Below are positions 51,943 to 61,333 of a DNA stretch of 64,000 nt, one piece after another. The notes beneath the pieces were generated by a model. The model searched no databases, was not told the origin of the DNA, and saw nothing but the letters and a program-made list of their open reading frames with translations. The position numbers and the translations under genes are program-made. The DNA is from Mogibacterium sp. GTDB taxonomy: Bacteria; Bacillota; Clostridia; Peptostreptococcales; Anaerovoracaceae. Position 1 is the stretch's first letter; every line of letters starts with the position of its first letter. The stretch lies in the NCBI RefSeq assembly GCF_016775335.1, contig NZ_JAEUGJ010000010.1; one strand, given 5' to 3'.

Positions 51943-52731
51943 TCATTTCATAATATCCACAATCGCTTGAATCAGCGTGCCGCGAAGGCCGTTTGTCTCC
52001 AGCGTGGCCACGCCCTTGATGGTGGCACCGCCTGGGGAGCAGACGCCGTCCTTCAGTGCGGCCGGATGGGAGCCGGTCTCCATGGCATAGGCCGCAGAAC
52101 CCTCCATCATCTTTTCTACCAGACGGTATGCGGTGGCCCGAGGCATTCCGTGGAGAACCGCTGCATCGGCCAAAGACTCGATGACGATGTCCATAAAGGC
52201 CGGCGTGCTTCCCGCCACGATGCCGCCCAGGTCCAGCAGCTCCGGCGGCAGCAGTTCAATCAGGGCAATACTGCCGAACAGTGCGCTGAAAATCTCCAGC
52301 TGTTCTTCCGTCAGAGAATGATCGTTGGAACATACCAGGACGCCCTTGCCTACCTCAATCGGTGTGTTCGGCACCACGCAGATTACGTGACAGCCCTCCG
52401 GAAGAAGTTCCATATAGCGATGATGGGAAACCCCGTAGGCGATGGAAACGATGATTTTGCCCGGGAGCAGATCCCGCACTTCCCGGAGAACGTTCTCCAC
52501 CTGCGTCGGAATGACGCCCACGATCACGATGTCGGAATTCTTCACCACCTCAGCGGTAGTCCCCGGGTGGATGCCCAACGCCGCGCAGTTGATCTCCAGC
52601 CGCGCCCGGTTCCGCGCGCTGGCGGTAATCCGGGTCGGATCGATTCCGCCATAGGAAATAAAACCCTTCACGATGGCAGAGGACATGCTGCCCAGTCCGA
52701 TGATACCGATTCTTGCGTTTTCTGTGCTCAT
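51943..52731 (-). CDS. proC: Pyrroline-5-carboxylate reductase
   Basis: IGIIGLGSM, VPNTP, GSTPAF, LKDGVCSPGGATIKG; start ATG 52731. Confidence 0.93.
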   Translation of the reverse strand: MSTENARIGIIGLGSMSSAIVKGFISYGGIDPTRITASARNRARLEINCAALGIHPGTTAEVVKNSDIVIVGVIPTQVENVLREVRDLLPGKIIVSIAYGVSHHRYMELLPEGCHVICVVPNTPIEVGKGVLVCSNDHSLTEEQLEIFSALFGSIALIELLPPELLDLGGIVAGSTPAFMDIVIESLADAAVLHGMPRATAYRLVEKMMEGSAAYAMETGSHPAALKDGVCSPGGATIKGVATLETNGLRGTLIQAIVDIMK

Positions 52732-52772
52732 AACGATAATTCCTTTCCATAAAAACAATTTCGCGGAAGTCT

Positions 52773-53096
52773 TCAGTGTCCGACTTCCTCGTCGTCTTTG
52801 GCGGGGAGCAGTCCATCCACCTCAAAACAAGTGAGCCAGGGATGCTCTTCGTACCGCACCGTAATCTCCCCGTCGATGATGACTCCCTCCGCCGGATAAT
52901 ATACATTTCCCAGCTCACTGGGTTCCCAGGTGTATCCCTGTGCCAGCAGGGACTCCTTCTCATCATCGGTAAACCTTACCGATATCTCCAATCGTGGAGG
53001 CGCACATCAGCTGGTGATGGTTTCCACCGAAAGGAGAACGTGGCGAAAGCCCCGCTTGTTCATATATGCAATTGTATTTTCATTTAAATGTGCCAT
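52773..53096 (-). CDS. Putative small selenoprotein, 107 aa, in-frame UGA at codon 30 (TS-U-CAPP)
   Basis: ATG 53096 with GGAGGT RBS is in frame with the 72-aa track ORF starting at TTG 52991; the only interruption is TGA at 53009-53007, next to a Cys codon and followed by a SECIS-like hairpin. Confidence 0.7.
52986..52999 (-). promoter_or_regulatory. Candidate bacterial SECIS hairpin
   Basis: CUCCA-CGAU-UGGAG starting 8 nt after the UGA; G at the second loop position. Confidence 0.55.
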
Positions 53097-53119
53097 GATA
53101 TACCTCCGTGTATGAAGGG

Positions 53120-53149
53120 ATTGTAACACAAAGGAAAAAGACGGTGCAA
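53120..53149 (-). promoter_or_regulatory. sigma-A type promoter for the selenoprotein-proC unit
   Basis: TTGCAC, 18 nt, TACAAT with an extended -10 TG. Confidence 0.6.
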
Positions 53150-53241
53150 GGGGGTGGCTTAAGAATCGGACTGAGGTATAATTAGTCCAAGGGGGATTTC
53201 ATAAATCCGCATAATCAGGCGGAATGGAAAGGATAAGAGAG

Positions 53242-54003
53242 ATGAATACTGTTAAGGTTAGAAATACGGTAATCGGTGAGGGCATGCCGAAGATCTGCGT
53301 GCCAATCGTGGGTGTCACCAAAGAAGCCATCTTGGAGGAGGCGAAAGCCATCACCCGGCTTCCGGCAGACGTGGTGGAATGGCGGATCGACTGGTTCGAG
53401 AATGTGTTCGACTTCGCGGCACTGGAGGACGTGATGAAGGATCTTCGCAAGGTGCTGGGCGATATGCCGATTCTGATGACCTTCCGGACTTCCAAGGAAG
53501 GCGGCGAGAAGGCTATCGAGAATGAAGTGTATGCGGATATCAACATCAAAGCGGCCCGGACCGGTTACGTAGATATGATTGACGTGGAAGCCTTCACCGG
53601 CGATGACATCGTCCGGAAAATCATCCAGGGGGCACATGCTGCCGGCGTGAAGGTTGTGGCGTCCAACCATGACTTCTTCAAGACGCCGGATAAGGACGAG
53701 ATTGTCCGCCGTCTCTGCAAGATGCAGGATCTGGGCGCAGACATTCCGAAAATTGCGGTAATGCCGCAGAACAAGAAGGACGTGCTGACCCTCCTGGCAG
53801 CCACGGAAGAGATGGCATCGATTCATGCGGACCGTCCGATCATCACCATGTCGATGGCTGGCACCGGCGTCATTAGCCGTCTGTGCGGCGAGGTGTTCGG
53901 ATCCACCCTCACATTCGGTGCAGCCGCAAAAGCATCCGCTCCGGGTCAGATGGGTGTGGAAGAGCTGAAGCAGGTTCTCACACTTCTTCACGGAGCCCTG
54001 TAA
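53242..54003 (+). CDS. aroD: Type I 3-dehydroquinate dehydratase
   Basis: PKICVPI, EWRID, TFRTSKEGG, SNHDF, PKIAVMP, SAPGQ; start ATG 53242. Confidence 0.96.
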   Translation: MNTVKVRNTVIGEGMPKICVPIVGVTKEAILEEAKAITRLPADVVEWRIDWFENVFDFAALEDVMKDLRKVLGDMPILMTFRTSKEGGEKAIENEVYADINIKAARTGYVDMIDVEAFTGDDIVRKIIQGAHAAGVKVVASNHDFFKTPDKDEIVRRLCKMQDLGADIPKIAVMPQNKKDVLTLLAATEEMASIHADRPIITMSMAGTGVISRLCGEVFGSTLTFGAAAKASAPGQMGVEELKQVLTLLHGAL

Positions 54004-54172
54004 AAACAAATTCCGCGTGCAAGCTCCTTCGTAAAATTTCATTCGTAATTTTCAGTTTTATAGAAATCCTAGATTTTATCAGTTGTATCTTATGGTTTTT
54101 GCAATATGCAATTGAGTTTCAGCCGTAAATGTGTTACGCTATGTTCAACCACAGGCAAGGAGGCTTATGATT

Positions 54173-55387
54173 ATGATTAAACGTGAAATGTATATGAAAC
54201 GCATCCGTCCGTTTATCGGAACGGAGCTGATAAAGGTCATGACCGGTATCCGCCGGTGCGGTAAATCGGTCATGCTGGAGCTTATAAAACAGGAGCTTGT
54301 GGAGTCCGGTATCAGCTCTGCTCAGTTCATCTCTATCAACTTTGAGGATTTGAACTTCTCTCATCTGCAAACCGCAAAGTCACTGCATGATGAGATTACC
54401 AAGAGAGCCGCAGAGATCAATGGCAAGGTCTATCTGTTTTTTGATGAGATCCAGGAGGTAAAAGACTGGGAGAAGTGTGTCAATTCCCTCCGTGTATCCC
54501 TTGACTGCGACATCTATATCACCGGTTCAAACGCAAAACTTTTGTCCGGTGAGCTTTCCACCTATCTCGGCGGACGCTTTGTGGAGTTCGTTATTTACCC
54601 ATTCTCCTTCGCAGAATTTCTGGAACTGTACCGTCCCATCGCACCGGATGAGCCGATTCAGAAATGCTTTCAGAAGTATCTATTATCCGGAGGTATGCCA
54701 TACCTTGCGAACATCCGCTACGAGGATGCTCCTTCCAAACTCTATCTTCATGACCTGTTCAACTCTGTCCAGCTCAAGGACATTGTGAAGCGGAACAAGA
54801 TTCGTGACGTAGACTTGCTGGAACGCATCATCGCTTATGTGATTGCGAATGTGGGTACGACCTTTTCCGCAACCTCTCTGGCGAAGTTCTTCAAAAACGA
54901 GAAGCGAACCGTTGCACCGGAGACCATCCTGAACTACATTAAATACTGCTGCGACGCATATTTGTTCTATCAGGTCAAACGCGAGGACTTGCAGGGGAAG
55001 CAGATCCTTGCCTCCAATGAGAAGTATTACATTGCCGACCACGGCATCCGGGAGGCTGTTTTCGGCGGCAATATGCGTGATATCAACCTCATTTTGGAGA
55101 ACATCGTGTATCTGGAGCTGCTGCGCCGGGACTACAAAGTGACAGTCGGTAGAACCGGAGACAAGGAAATCGACTTTGTATGCGACAAGAGTGGAGAAAA
55201 ACTATATGTTCAGGTTGCCTATCTGCTGGCATCCGATGAGACCGTCCGGCGTGAGTTCGGCGCGTATGACAATATCCGCGACAACTACCCGAAATATGTT
55301 GTCTCTCTGGATGAGTTCGACATGAGCAGAAACGGAATCAAGCACCGCAACATCTGCGATTTCCTGTTGGCAGAGGAATGGAATTAA
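54173..55387 (+). CDS. AAA+ ATPase (AAA_14 plus DUF4143-type C-terminus)
   Basis: GIRRCGKS Walker A, FFDEIQ Walker B, TGSNA, GGMP, KYYIADHG, LENIVYLEL, EIDF...YVQV; AAGGAGG RBS. Confidence 0.88.
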   Translation: MIKREMYMKRIRPFIGTELIKVMTGIRRCGKSVMLELIKQELVESGISSAQFISINFEDLNFSHLQTAKSLHDEITKRAAEINGKVYLFFDEIQEVKDWEKCVNSLRVSLDCDIYITGSNAKLLSGELSTYLGGRFVEFVIYPFSFAEFLELYRPIAPDEPIQKCFQKYLLSGGMPYLANIRYEDAPSKLYLHDLFNSVQLKDIVKRNKIRDVDLLERIIAYVIANVGTTFSATSLAKFFKNEKRTVAPETILNYIKYCCDAYLFYQVKREDLQGKQILASNEKYYIADHGIREAVFGGNMRDINLILENIVYLELLRRDYKVTVGRTGDKEIDFVCDKSGEKLYVQVAYLLASDETVRREFGAYDNIRDNYPKYVVSLDEFDMSRNGIKHRNICDFLLAEEWN

Positions 55388-55419
55388 AATAAAAAAACGA
55401 TTGTTTTCTTCTAAAATAA

Positions 55420-55449
55420 GAGCGACGTTGGCTGCAGCCAACGTCGCTC
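55420..55449. terminator. 30-bp perfect palindrome, probable bidirectional terminator
   Basis: GAGCGACGTTGGCTGCAGCCAACGTCGCTC between the convergent ATPase gene and tRNA. Confidence 0.65.
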
Positions 55450-55483
55450 AATTTGTTAGGAACTTTCTTGCAGCTCCTTTTTA

Positions 55484-55559
55484 TGGTGTCCCAGAGAGGA
55501 TTCGAACCTCCGACACCCGCTTTAGGAGAGCGGTGCTCTGTCCCCTGAGCTACTGAGAC
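55484..55559 (-). tRNA. tRNA-Arg (anticodon CCT)
   Basis: 76-nt cloverleaf: acceptor GTCTCAG/CTGGGAC, anticodon arm CCGCT-CTCCTAA-AGCGG, GTTCGAATC T-loop, encoded CCA. Confidence 0.95.
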
Positions 55560-55615
55560 AAATCGGGGCGACACCAACGGTGAATCGGTATCGCCCGAAC
55601 AGAATTCATTTGTTT

Positions 55616-56491
55616 TTACAGTTCCTTGCCGGTCAGGAGCGTGTACGCTTCCTTGTACTTCGCGATGGTCTTGTCGATGACATCCTGCGGCAGCTTGTAG
55701 TCGCTGTCCGGATTTGCCTTGAGCCAGTCACGAACGAACTGCTTGTCGTAAGACGGCTGGGACTTGCCCACTTCGTAGCCTTCCAGCGGCCAGAAACGGG
55801 AGCTGTCCGGTGTCAGCACTTCGTCGGCCAGAACAATCTCGCCGTTCTCGTCCAGACCGAACTCGAACTTGGTGTCGGCGATGATGATGCCGTGTTCCCG
55901 TGCGTAGTCCGCACACTTCTTGTATACGGCGATGGTGAGATCCCGAACTTTGGATGCATACTCTTCGCCGTGTCCCGGATAATCTCTCTCCAGAACCTCG
56001 ATGCTCTTCTCATAAGAAATGTTCTCGTCGTGATCGCCGATTTCCGCCTTGGTGCTCGGAGTAAAAATCGGCTCCGGCAGCTGCTGGGATTCCTGCAGAC
56101 CTTCCGGCAGTTTAATTCCGCATACCTCGCCGCATTCCTGATAGCTTGCCCATCCGCTTCCGGTGATGTATCCGCGAACGATGCACTCCAGCGGGAGCAT
56201 CTCCAGCTTGCGGCACATCATGCTGCGGCCTTCGAACTTCTCGTTCCGGAAGAATTCCGGCATATCATTTACATCTGTGGAAATCATGTGATTCGGAACC
56301 ACGTCGCTGGTGAAATCAAACCAGAACTTGGACATCTGGGTCAGAACCACGCCCTTGTCTACGATATCGTTCTGCAGAATATGGTCGAACGCAGAAATGC
56401 GGTCGGTGGCAACCATAATCAGGCTGTCATCTGCATCGTAGAGCTCACGAACTTTACCTTCTTTAACCGGGGTATATTCCTTCATTTTCAT
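55616..56491 (-). CDS. purC: SAICAR synthetase
   Basis: EGKVRELY, DRISAFD, ECIVRGYITGS, ADTKFEFG, DEVLTPDSSRFW; start ATG 56491 or 56485. Confidence 0.96.
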   Translation of the reverse strand: MKMKEYTPVKEGKVRELYDADDSLIMVATDRISAFDHILQNDIVDKGVVLTQMSKFWFDFTSDVVPNHMISTDVNDMPEFFRNEKFEGRSMMCRKLEMLPLECIVRGYITGSGWASYQECGEVCGIKLPEGLQESQQLPEPIFTPSTKAEIGDHDENISYEKSIEVLERDYPGHGEEYASKVRDLTIAVYKKCADYAREHGIIIADTKFEFGLDENGEIVLADEVLTPDSSRFWPLEGYEVGKSQPSYDKQFVRDWLKANPDSDYKLPQDVIDKTIAKYKEAYTLLTGKEL

Positions 56492-56823
56492 AACTCCATT
56501 CTTTGCTATGCATAATAAGACTTGACTCAATAAATATACCACCTGGCGGGGAATTGTTCAAGAAATAAGCCCATAAAAATAAGATTCTTCCGGCAGAGGC
56601 GACCGGGAAGAGAATCCCCGAAAGCCTTGCATTGCACAGGAAATTGTTATACAATGACCTGTGTATGTGGCTCGGGGATTCGCCTTTTTTGGAGGAGAGC
56701 CGGAAGCCCATGCGATTCAAAAAAGCTATTTTTACAACGGTAATTGGGCGATGCAGAAGGTCATTCATTGGACGAGGTCACAAAGCCTTTATGAGAGCAG
56801 AGTGCTGCATTAAAGGAGGAAAT

Positions 56824-58101
56824 ATGATTACAGCAGTTGTAGGAGCAAATTGGGGCGATGAAGGTAAGGGGAAGATCACTGATCGCCTGGCACAGGACGC
56901 AGATTATGTGGTTCGTTTTCAGGGAGGCAGCAATGCCGGCCACACCATCAAGAATGAGTGGGGCAAGTTCGCACTGCACCTTCTGCCATCGGGAATTTTC
57001 AGCAAGGACGCAGTCAGCGTAATCGGCAACGGCGTAGCGGTAAATGCGAAGATTCTGGCAGAGGAGCTGAAGACGCTGGAAGATGCCGGCGTAGAGCACA
57101 GCAAGCTGATTGTTTCGGACCGCGCGCACGTGGTAATGTCCTATCACATGCTTTTGGATGCGTACGAAGAGGAGAGATTGGCGGGCAAATCCTTCGGTTC
57201 CACCAAGGCCGGAATGGCGCCGTGCTACTCGGATAAATATGCGAAGATCGGATTCCAGGTGGGTGAGCTGTACGCGGACAGAGAGACCCTGATGCCGAGA
57301 ATCGAGAACGTATGCCGGATTAAGAACACGCTGATGGAACATCTGTACCACAAGCCGCTGTTGGATCCGGAAGAAATTTACAAGGAAATCAAAGAGAATG
57401 CGGAAATCCTGAGACCGTACGTGGCGCACACATCCGCTGTGCTGCACCAGGCGCTGAAGGACGACAAGAAGATTCTACTGGAAGGTCAGCTGGGCGCGCT
57501 GAAGGATACGGATCACGGAATTTATCCGATGGTAACCTCTTCCTCCACACTGGCAGGCTTCGGTGCAATCGGTGCGGGCGTTCCGCCGTATGAAATTCAG
57601 CAGATTATCTGCGTGGTAAAAGCATATTCGTCTGCCGTCGGTGCCGGCGCATTCGTCTCCGAGCTGTTCGGAGAGGAAGCGGATGAGCTGAGAAGACGCG
57701 GCGGTGACGGCGGAGAGTTTGGTGCTACTACCGGACGTCCGAGAAGAGTGGGCAACTTCGATGCCGTGGCAACACGGTACGGTTGCATGATGCAGGGCGC
57801 AACCGAAGTGGCACTCACCGTTGTGGATGTACTGGGATATCTGGACGAGCTGAAGATCTGCGTGGGCTACGACGTGGACGGAGAGATCACCACCGACTTC
57901 CCGAACACCATTCAGCTGGAGAAGGCAAAGCCGGTATACGAGACCATGCCGGGCTGGAAGTGCGACATCACCGGTATTACGAAGTACGAAGATCTGCCGA
58001 AGGAATGCAGAGACTATGTGGAGCGCATCGAAGAGCTGATCGGCGTTCCGGTTACCATGGTTTCCAACGGTCCGGCAAGAGACGAACTGATTTTCCGGTA
58101 A
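56824..58101 (+). CDS. purA: Adenylosuccinate synthetase
   Basis: GANWGDEGKGK, QGGSNAGHT, EFGATTGRPRR; AAGGAGG RBS before ATG 56824. Confidence 0.97.
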   Translation: MITAVVGANWGDEGKGKITDRLAQDADYVVRFQGGSNAGHTIKNEWGKFALHLLPSGIFSKDAVSVIGNGVAVNAKILAEELKTLEDAGVEHSKLIVSDRAHVVMSYHMLLDAYEEERLAGKSFGSTKAGMAPCYSDKYAKIGFQVGELYADRETLMPRIENVCRIKNTLMEHLYHKPLLDPEEIYKEIKENAEILRPYVAHTSAVLHQALKDDKKILLEGQLGALKDTDHGIYPMVTSSSTLAGFGAIGAGVPPYEIQQIICVVKAYSSAVGAGAFVSELFGEEADELRRRGGDGGEFGATTGRPRRVGNFDAVATRYGCMMQGATEVALTVVDVLGYLDELKICVGYDVDGEITTDFPNTIQLEKAKPVYETMPGWKCDITGITKYEDLPKECRDYVERIEELIGVPVTMVSNGPARDELIFR

Positions 58102-58250
58102 AAAATACAGAACATTCATACAAAGACTCCATTCATCGTATATAATATGGAATAGAGCGGAGAGCCTGCGGCCTGGCCGCAGGCTTTTATCGTTGAAAAG
58201 ATTCGAAGGAAGAGGAAGGTCGCCCGGGGCGGCTTGGAAACGGAGGAAGA

Positions 58251-58796
58251 ATGGGCAGCGCAATCACCCAATGGGACGGAAATCTGCTGATGGAGATTCA
58301 GCATTTTGTCATACACGAGGGGCTGACGCCTTTGGTGAAATTCATCACTCACCTGGGGGATGCCGGGCAGATTTGGATTGCCCTGATTCTGCTGATGCTG
58401 TGCTTCAAGAGGACCCGGAGAGTGGGGGTCATCGCAGCGACGGCGCTGATCATCTCCTTCGTGATAAATAACCTGATGCTGAAGAACCTGGTGGGCCGAA
58501 TCCGGCCTTACGAAATGTTCGCCGGAGTTCAGCGGCTGGTGGGAAAACCTTCGGATTGGTCCTTCCCCTCCGGTCACTCGGCGGCGTCTTTTGTGACGGC
58601 AGTGGTGATGTTCCGGGAGCTTCCACGGAAGTACGGCGTGCCGGCGCTGACTCTGGCATTCCTCATCGCCCTGTCCAGACTGTACGTGGGCGTGCACTAT
58701 CCGCTGGACGTGCTTTGCGGAGCCCTCAGCGGAACCATCATCGCACTGCTGGTATGCCGATTCTATGAACGAAAGGATGTGCTTTCAAAATGGTAA
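58251..58796 (+). CDS. PAP2 family membrane phosphatase
   Basis: K-x6-[20 protein letters not shown]. Confidence 0.92.
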   Translation: MGSAITQWDGNLLMEIQHFVIHEGLTPLVKFITHLGDAGQIWIALILLMLCFKRTRRVGVIAATALIISFVINNLMLKNLVGRIRPYEMFAGVQRLVGKPSDWSFPSGHSAASFVTAVVMFRELPRKYGVPALTLAFLIALSRLYVGVHYPLDVLCGALSGTIIALLVCRFYERKDVLSKW

Positions 58797-59488
58797 ATAT
58801 TGGAAATGATTGGGACGACGTGCTCCGGGAGGAGTTCCGCAAGGGATACTATCTGAACCTGCGGCAGTTCCTGAAGAAGGAATATTCTCAGGGCACGGTA
58901 TATCCGCCGATGAACGATATCTTCAACGCTTTTCGGTACACCCCGTATCAGGATGTGAAGGTGGTCATCCTGGGACAGGATCCGTACCATGAACCGGGAC
59001 AGGCTCACGGACTGGCCTTCTCCGTTCAGCCGGGCGTTCCGGAACCCCCGTCCCTCCAGAATATTTTCAAGGAGCTTCACGAGGATATCGGGTTTGAAAT
59101 TCCGCCGAAGGGAAACGGCTGTCTGGTTCCCTGGGCGAAGTCCGGGGTGCTGCTTCTGAATACAGCGCTGACGGTGCGGGCGCACCAGGCCAACTCCCAT
59201 CGGGGAAAGGGCTGGGAACAGCTGACGGACCGGGTGATCGAACTGCTGAATGAGCGGGAGAAGCCCATCGTGTTCATCCTTTGGGGCAGCAACGCCAAGT
59301 CCAAAGTGCCGCTGATCACCGGGAAGCAGCATCTCATCATCACATCGGTACATCCCAGTCCGCTGTCGGCCTATCGGGGCTTTTTCGGGGGAAAATATTT
59401 CTCCCGGGCCAACGCATTCCTGGAGGAACACGGCGAAGCACCGGTGGATTGGACCCTGGCGGGAAGAAATGGGTCGTTGGAAGGATAA
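58790..59488 (+). CDS. ung: Uracil-DNA glycosylase
   Basis: [18 protein letters not shown]. Confidence 0.97.
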   Translation: MVNIGNDWDDVLREEFRKGYYLNLRQFLKKEYSQGTVYPPMNDIFNAFRYTPYQDVKVVILGQDPYHEPGQAHGLAFSVQPGVPEPPSLQNIFKELHEDIGFEIPPKGNGCLVPWAKSGVLLLNTALTVRAHQANSHRGKGWEQLTDRVIELLNEREKPIVFILWGSNAKSKVPLITGKQHLIITSVHPSPLSAYRGFFGGKYFSRANAFLEEHGEAPVDWTLAGRNGSLEG

Positions 59489-59503
59489 GGAAAGGGTTGT
59501 AAA

Positions 59504-59896
59504 ATGAAATATCGTTATAACGAAACGCTTCCGGCGGATTTCGCGGCACTGGCGCAGACGTGCGGCGCGAGAATCCCGCTGAAGTCGGCCCATGAAGCGA
59601 TACGAAACAGTCTTTTTACCGTGGGAATCTTTGAAGAGGAGCAGCTGGTGGCGTTTGGCCGCATCTGCGGAGACGGGGTGCTGTACTACCTGGTGTGCGA
59701 CGTCATGGTGGCGGAGGAATTCCGGGAACGGCATCTGGAGGAGAACCTCCTTCGGGAATTGGGCGACTACCTGCGGGAGCATCGGCGGCGTGAGAGCCGG
59801 GTGATGATTCGGACGGACCGGGCGTACGCCGAGGTCTGCCGGAAGCACGGTTTCAAATATGTGGATGAGGATTACGAAGTCATCATGAAGGGGTAG
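59504..59896 (+). CDS. GNAT-fold protein (degenerate acetyl-CoA motif)
   Basis: QLVAFGRICGDG...DVMVAEEFRERHL...KHGF pattern. Confidence 0.7.
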   Translation: MKYRYNETLPADFAALAQTCGARIPLKSAHEAIRNSLFTVGIFEEEQLVAFGRICGDGVLYYLVCDVMVAEEFRERHLEENLLRELGDYLREHRRRESRVMIRTDRAYAEVCRKHGFKYVDEDYEVIMKG

Positions 59897-59898
59897 CA

Positions 59899-61245
59899 AT
59901 GAATTTACGGGAACAGATATATACGGATTACATTCGCGAGATTACGGAGCATTACGAAGAAAACCGGGCGGCGGCAGAGGTGATGAAAGAGGAGCTGCAG
60001 CACACCCCGCTGATTTCCCGCGGCCGCCTGATTGACAAGCCGCTGGCGATACAGAAGGTGTACACCCGGGAGGACGACCGGCGGTTTCGGGAAATCGTGG
60101 AGATGACTCACCGAATCTGCTGCAAGGTGATCGATCGCTATGTGGCGGATCCGGAATACCGGAAGGGCTTCGGCTTTTCCGAGAAGCTGGAGGAGCTGAT
60201 TCTGGCGGATCCGGGATACCCGGACGAACTGCCCATGGCCCGCTTCGACATTTTCTATCACGAGGATACCGGGGACTTTAAGTTCTGCGAGATTAACACG
60301 GACGGAACCAGCGCCATGAACGAGGATTTCCATCTGGACAAGCTGAACCTGCGGAACCCGGCCCACCAGGCTATCTGCCGGAAGTACCGGCTCCGGAGCT
60401 ACGAGCTGTTCGACAGCTGGGTGGAGACCTTCCTGGAGCTGTACACCCACTACCGGAAAAAACATCCGGAGATGCCGCTGGTGCCGACGGTGGCCATCGT
60501 GGATTTTCTGGATAAGGGGAACGTGCCGGAGTTCTACGAGTTCGCCACACGATTTCGGCAAAAAGGAATTTACGCCCAGGTCATTGACATCCGGTCGCTC
60601 CGTTACGAAGATGGCCGGCTGCTGGCACCGGAGGGCTACGAGATTCACGGAATCTACCGCCGGGCGGTGACGGCGGATGTGATGGAGGAGTACGATTCGG
60701 TAACGGCGCTGCTGGATGCCTATCGGGATGGAAACATTTTCCTGTGCGGATCCTTCCGAACCCAGGTGGCCCATGCCAAAACCTTCTTCACCATGCTGCA
60801 TCGGGAAGAAACCCGGGAAATTCTCACGGCAGAGGAGAACCGGTTCGTGCGGGAGCATGTCCCGTACACCTGCGACTTCGGGGACGAAGGCATCGCCTTG
60901 GAGAAAGTGATTCAGAATAAGGATAAGTACATTCTCAAACCCAACGATTCCTACGGATCCAACAGCGTGGCGGACGGAAAGGGCCGGTCATCGGAGGAAT
61001 GGCGGAAGCTGTGCGAGGCATATTACAACAAGGGGTTTATCTGCCAGGAATATGCGGAGCAGTACGCCACTCCAAATGTGGATTTCATGTTCGGAGATGG
61101 AAGAACTTGGGATTATATCAATATGAACGGGCTGTATTCCTATAACGGAATTTTTGCCGGGGTGTTCACCCGGCAGGCGCGGGGGACGATTATCACCTCC
61201 CATGGAAGCGAGCGAAACGTGGCCAGCTACCTGGTGACGGAGTAA
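59899..61245 (+). CDS. Circularly permuted ATP-grasp ligase (glutathionylspermidine synthase-like)
   Basis: ARFDIF...FKFCEINTDG, IYRR, ILKPNDSYGS, ICQEY. Confidence 0.78.
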   Translation: MNLREQIYTDYIREITEHYEENRAAAEVMKEELQHTPLISRGRLIDKPLAIQKVYTREDDRRFREIVEMTHRICCKVIDRYVADPEYRKGFGFSEKLEELILADPGYPDELPMARFDIFYHEDTGDFKFCEINTDGTSAMNEDFHLDKLNLRNPAHQAICRKYRLRSYELFDSWVETFLELYTHYRKKHPEMPLVPTVAIVDFLDKGNVPEFYEFATRFRQKGIYAQVIDIRSLRYEDGRLLAPEGYEIHGIYRRAVTADVMEEYDSVTALLDAYRDGNIFLCGSFRTQVAHAKTFFTMLHREETREILTAEENRFVREHVPYTCDFGDEGIALEKVIQNKDKYILKPNDSYGSNSVADGKGRSSEEWRKLCEAYYNKGFICQEYAEQYATPNVDFMFGDGRTWDYINMNGLYSYNGIFAGVFTRQARGTIITSHGSERNVASYLVTE

Positions 61246-61268
61246 GGCGGTGCGCCGGAAGGGCGCGG

Positions 61269-61314
61269 AAAAAACGGTGAAATCTTAAGGAATCTTAAGA
61301 TTTCACCGCTTTTT
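61269..61314 (+). terminator. Intrinsic terminator after the ATP-grasp gene
   Basis: CGGTGAAATCTTAAG-gaat-CTTAAGATTTCACCG plus T run. Confidence 0.8.
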
Positions 61315-61333
61315 CTTATGGTACAATAATTGT

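Noticed and set aside
52773..52991. 72-aa ORF as a complete gene starting at TTG 52991
   Set aside because: No convincing RBS at that start; the RBS and promoter belong to the in-frame ATG at 53096.
53007..53009. Genome-wide UGA reassignment (alternative genetic code)
   Set aside because: TGA ends conserved genes at their expected lengths (recF, rnpA, proC).
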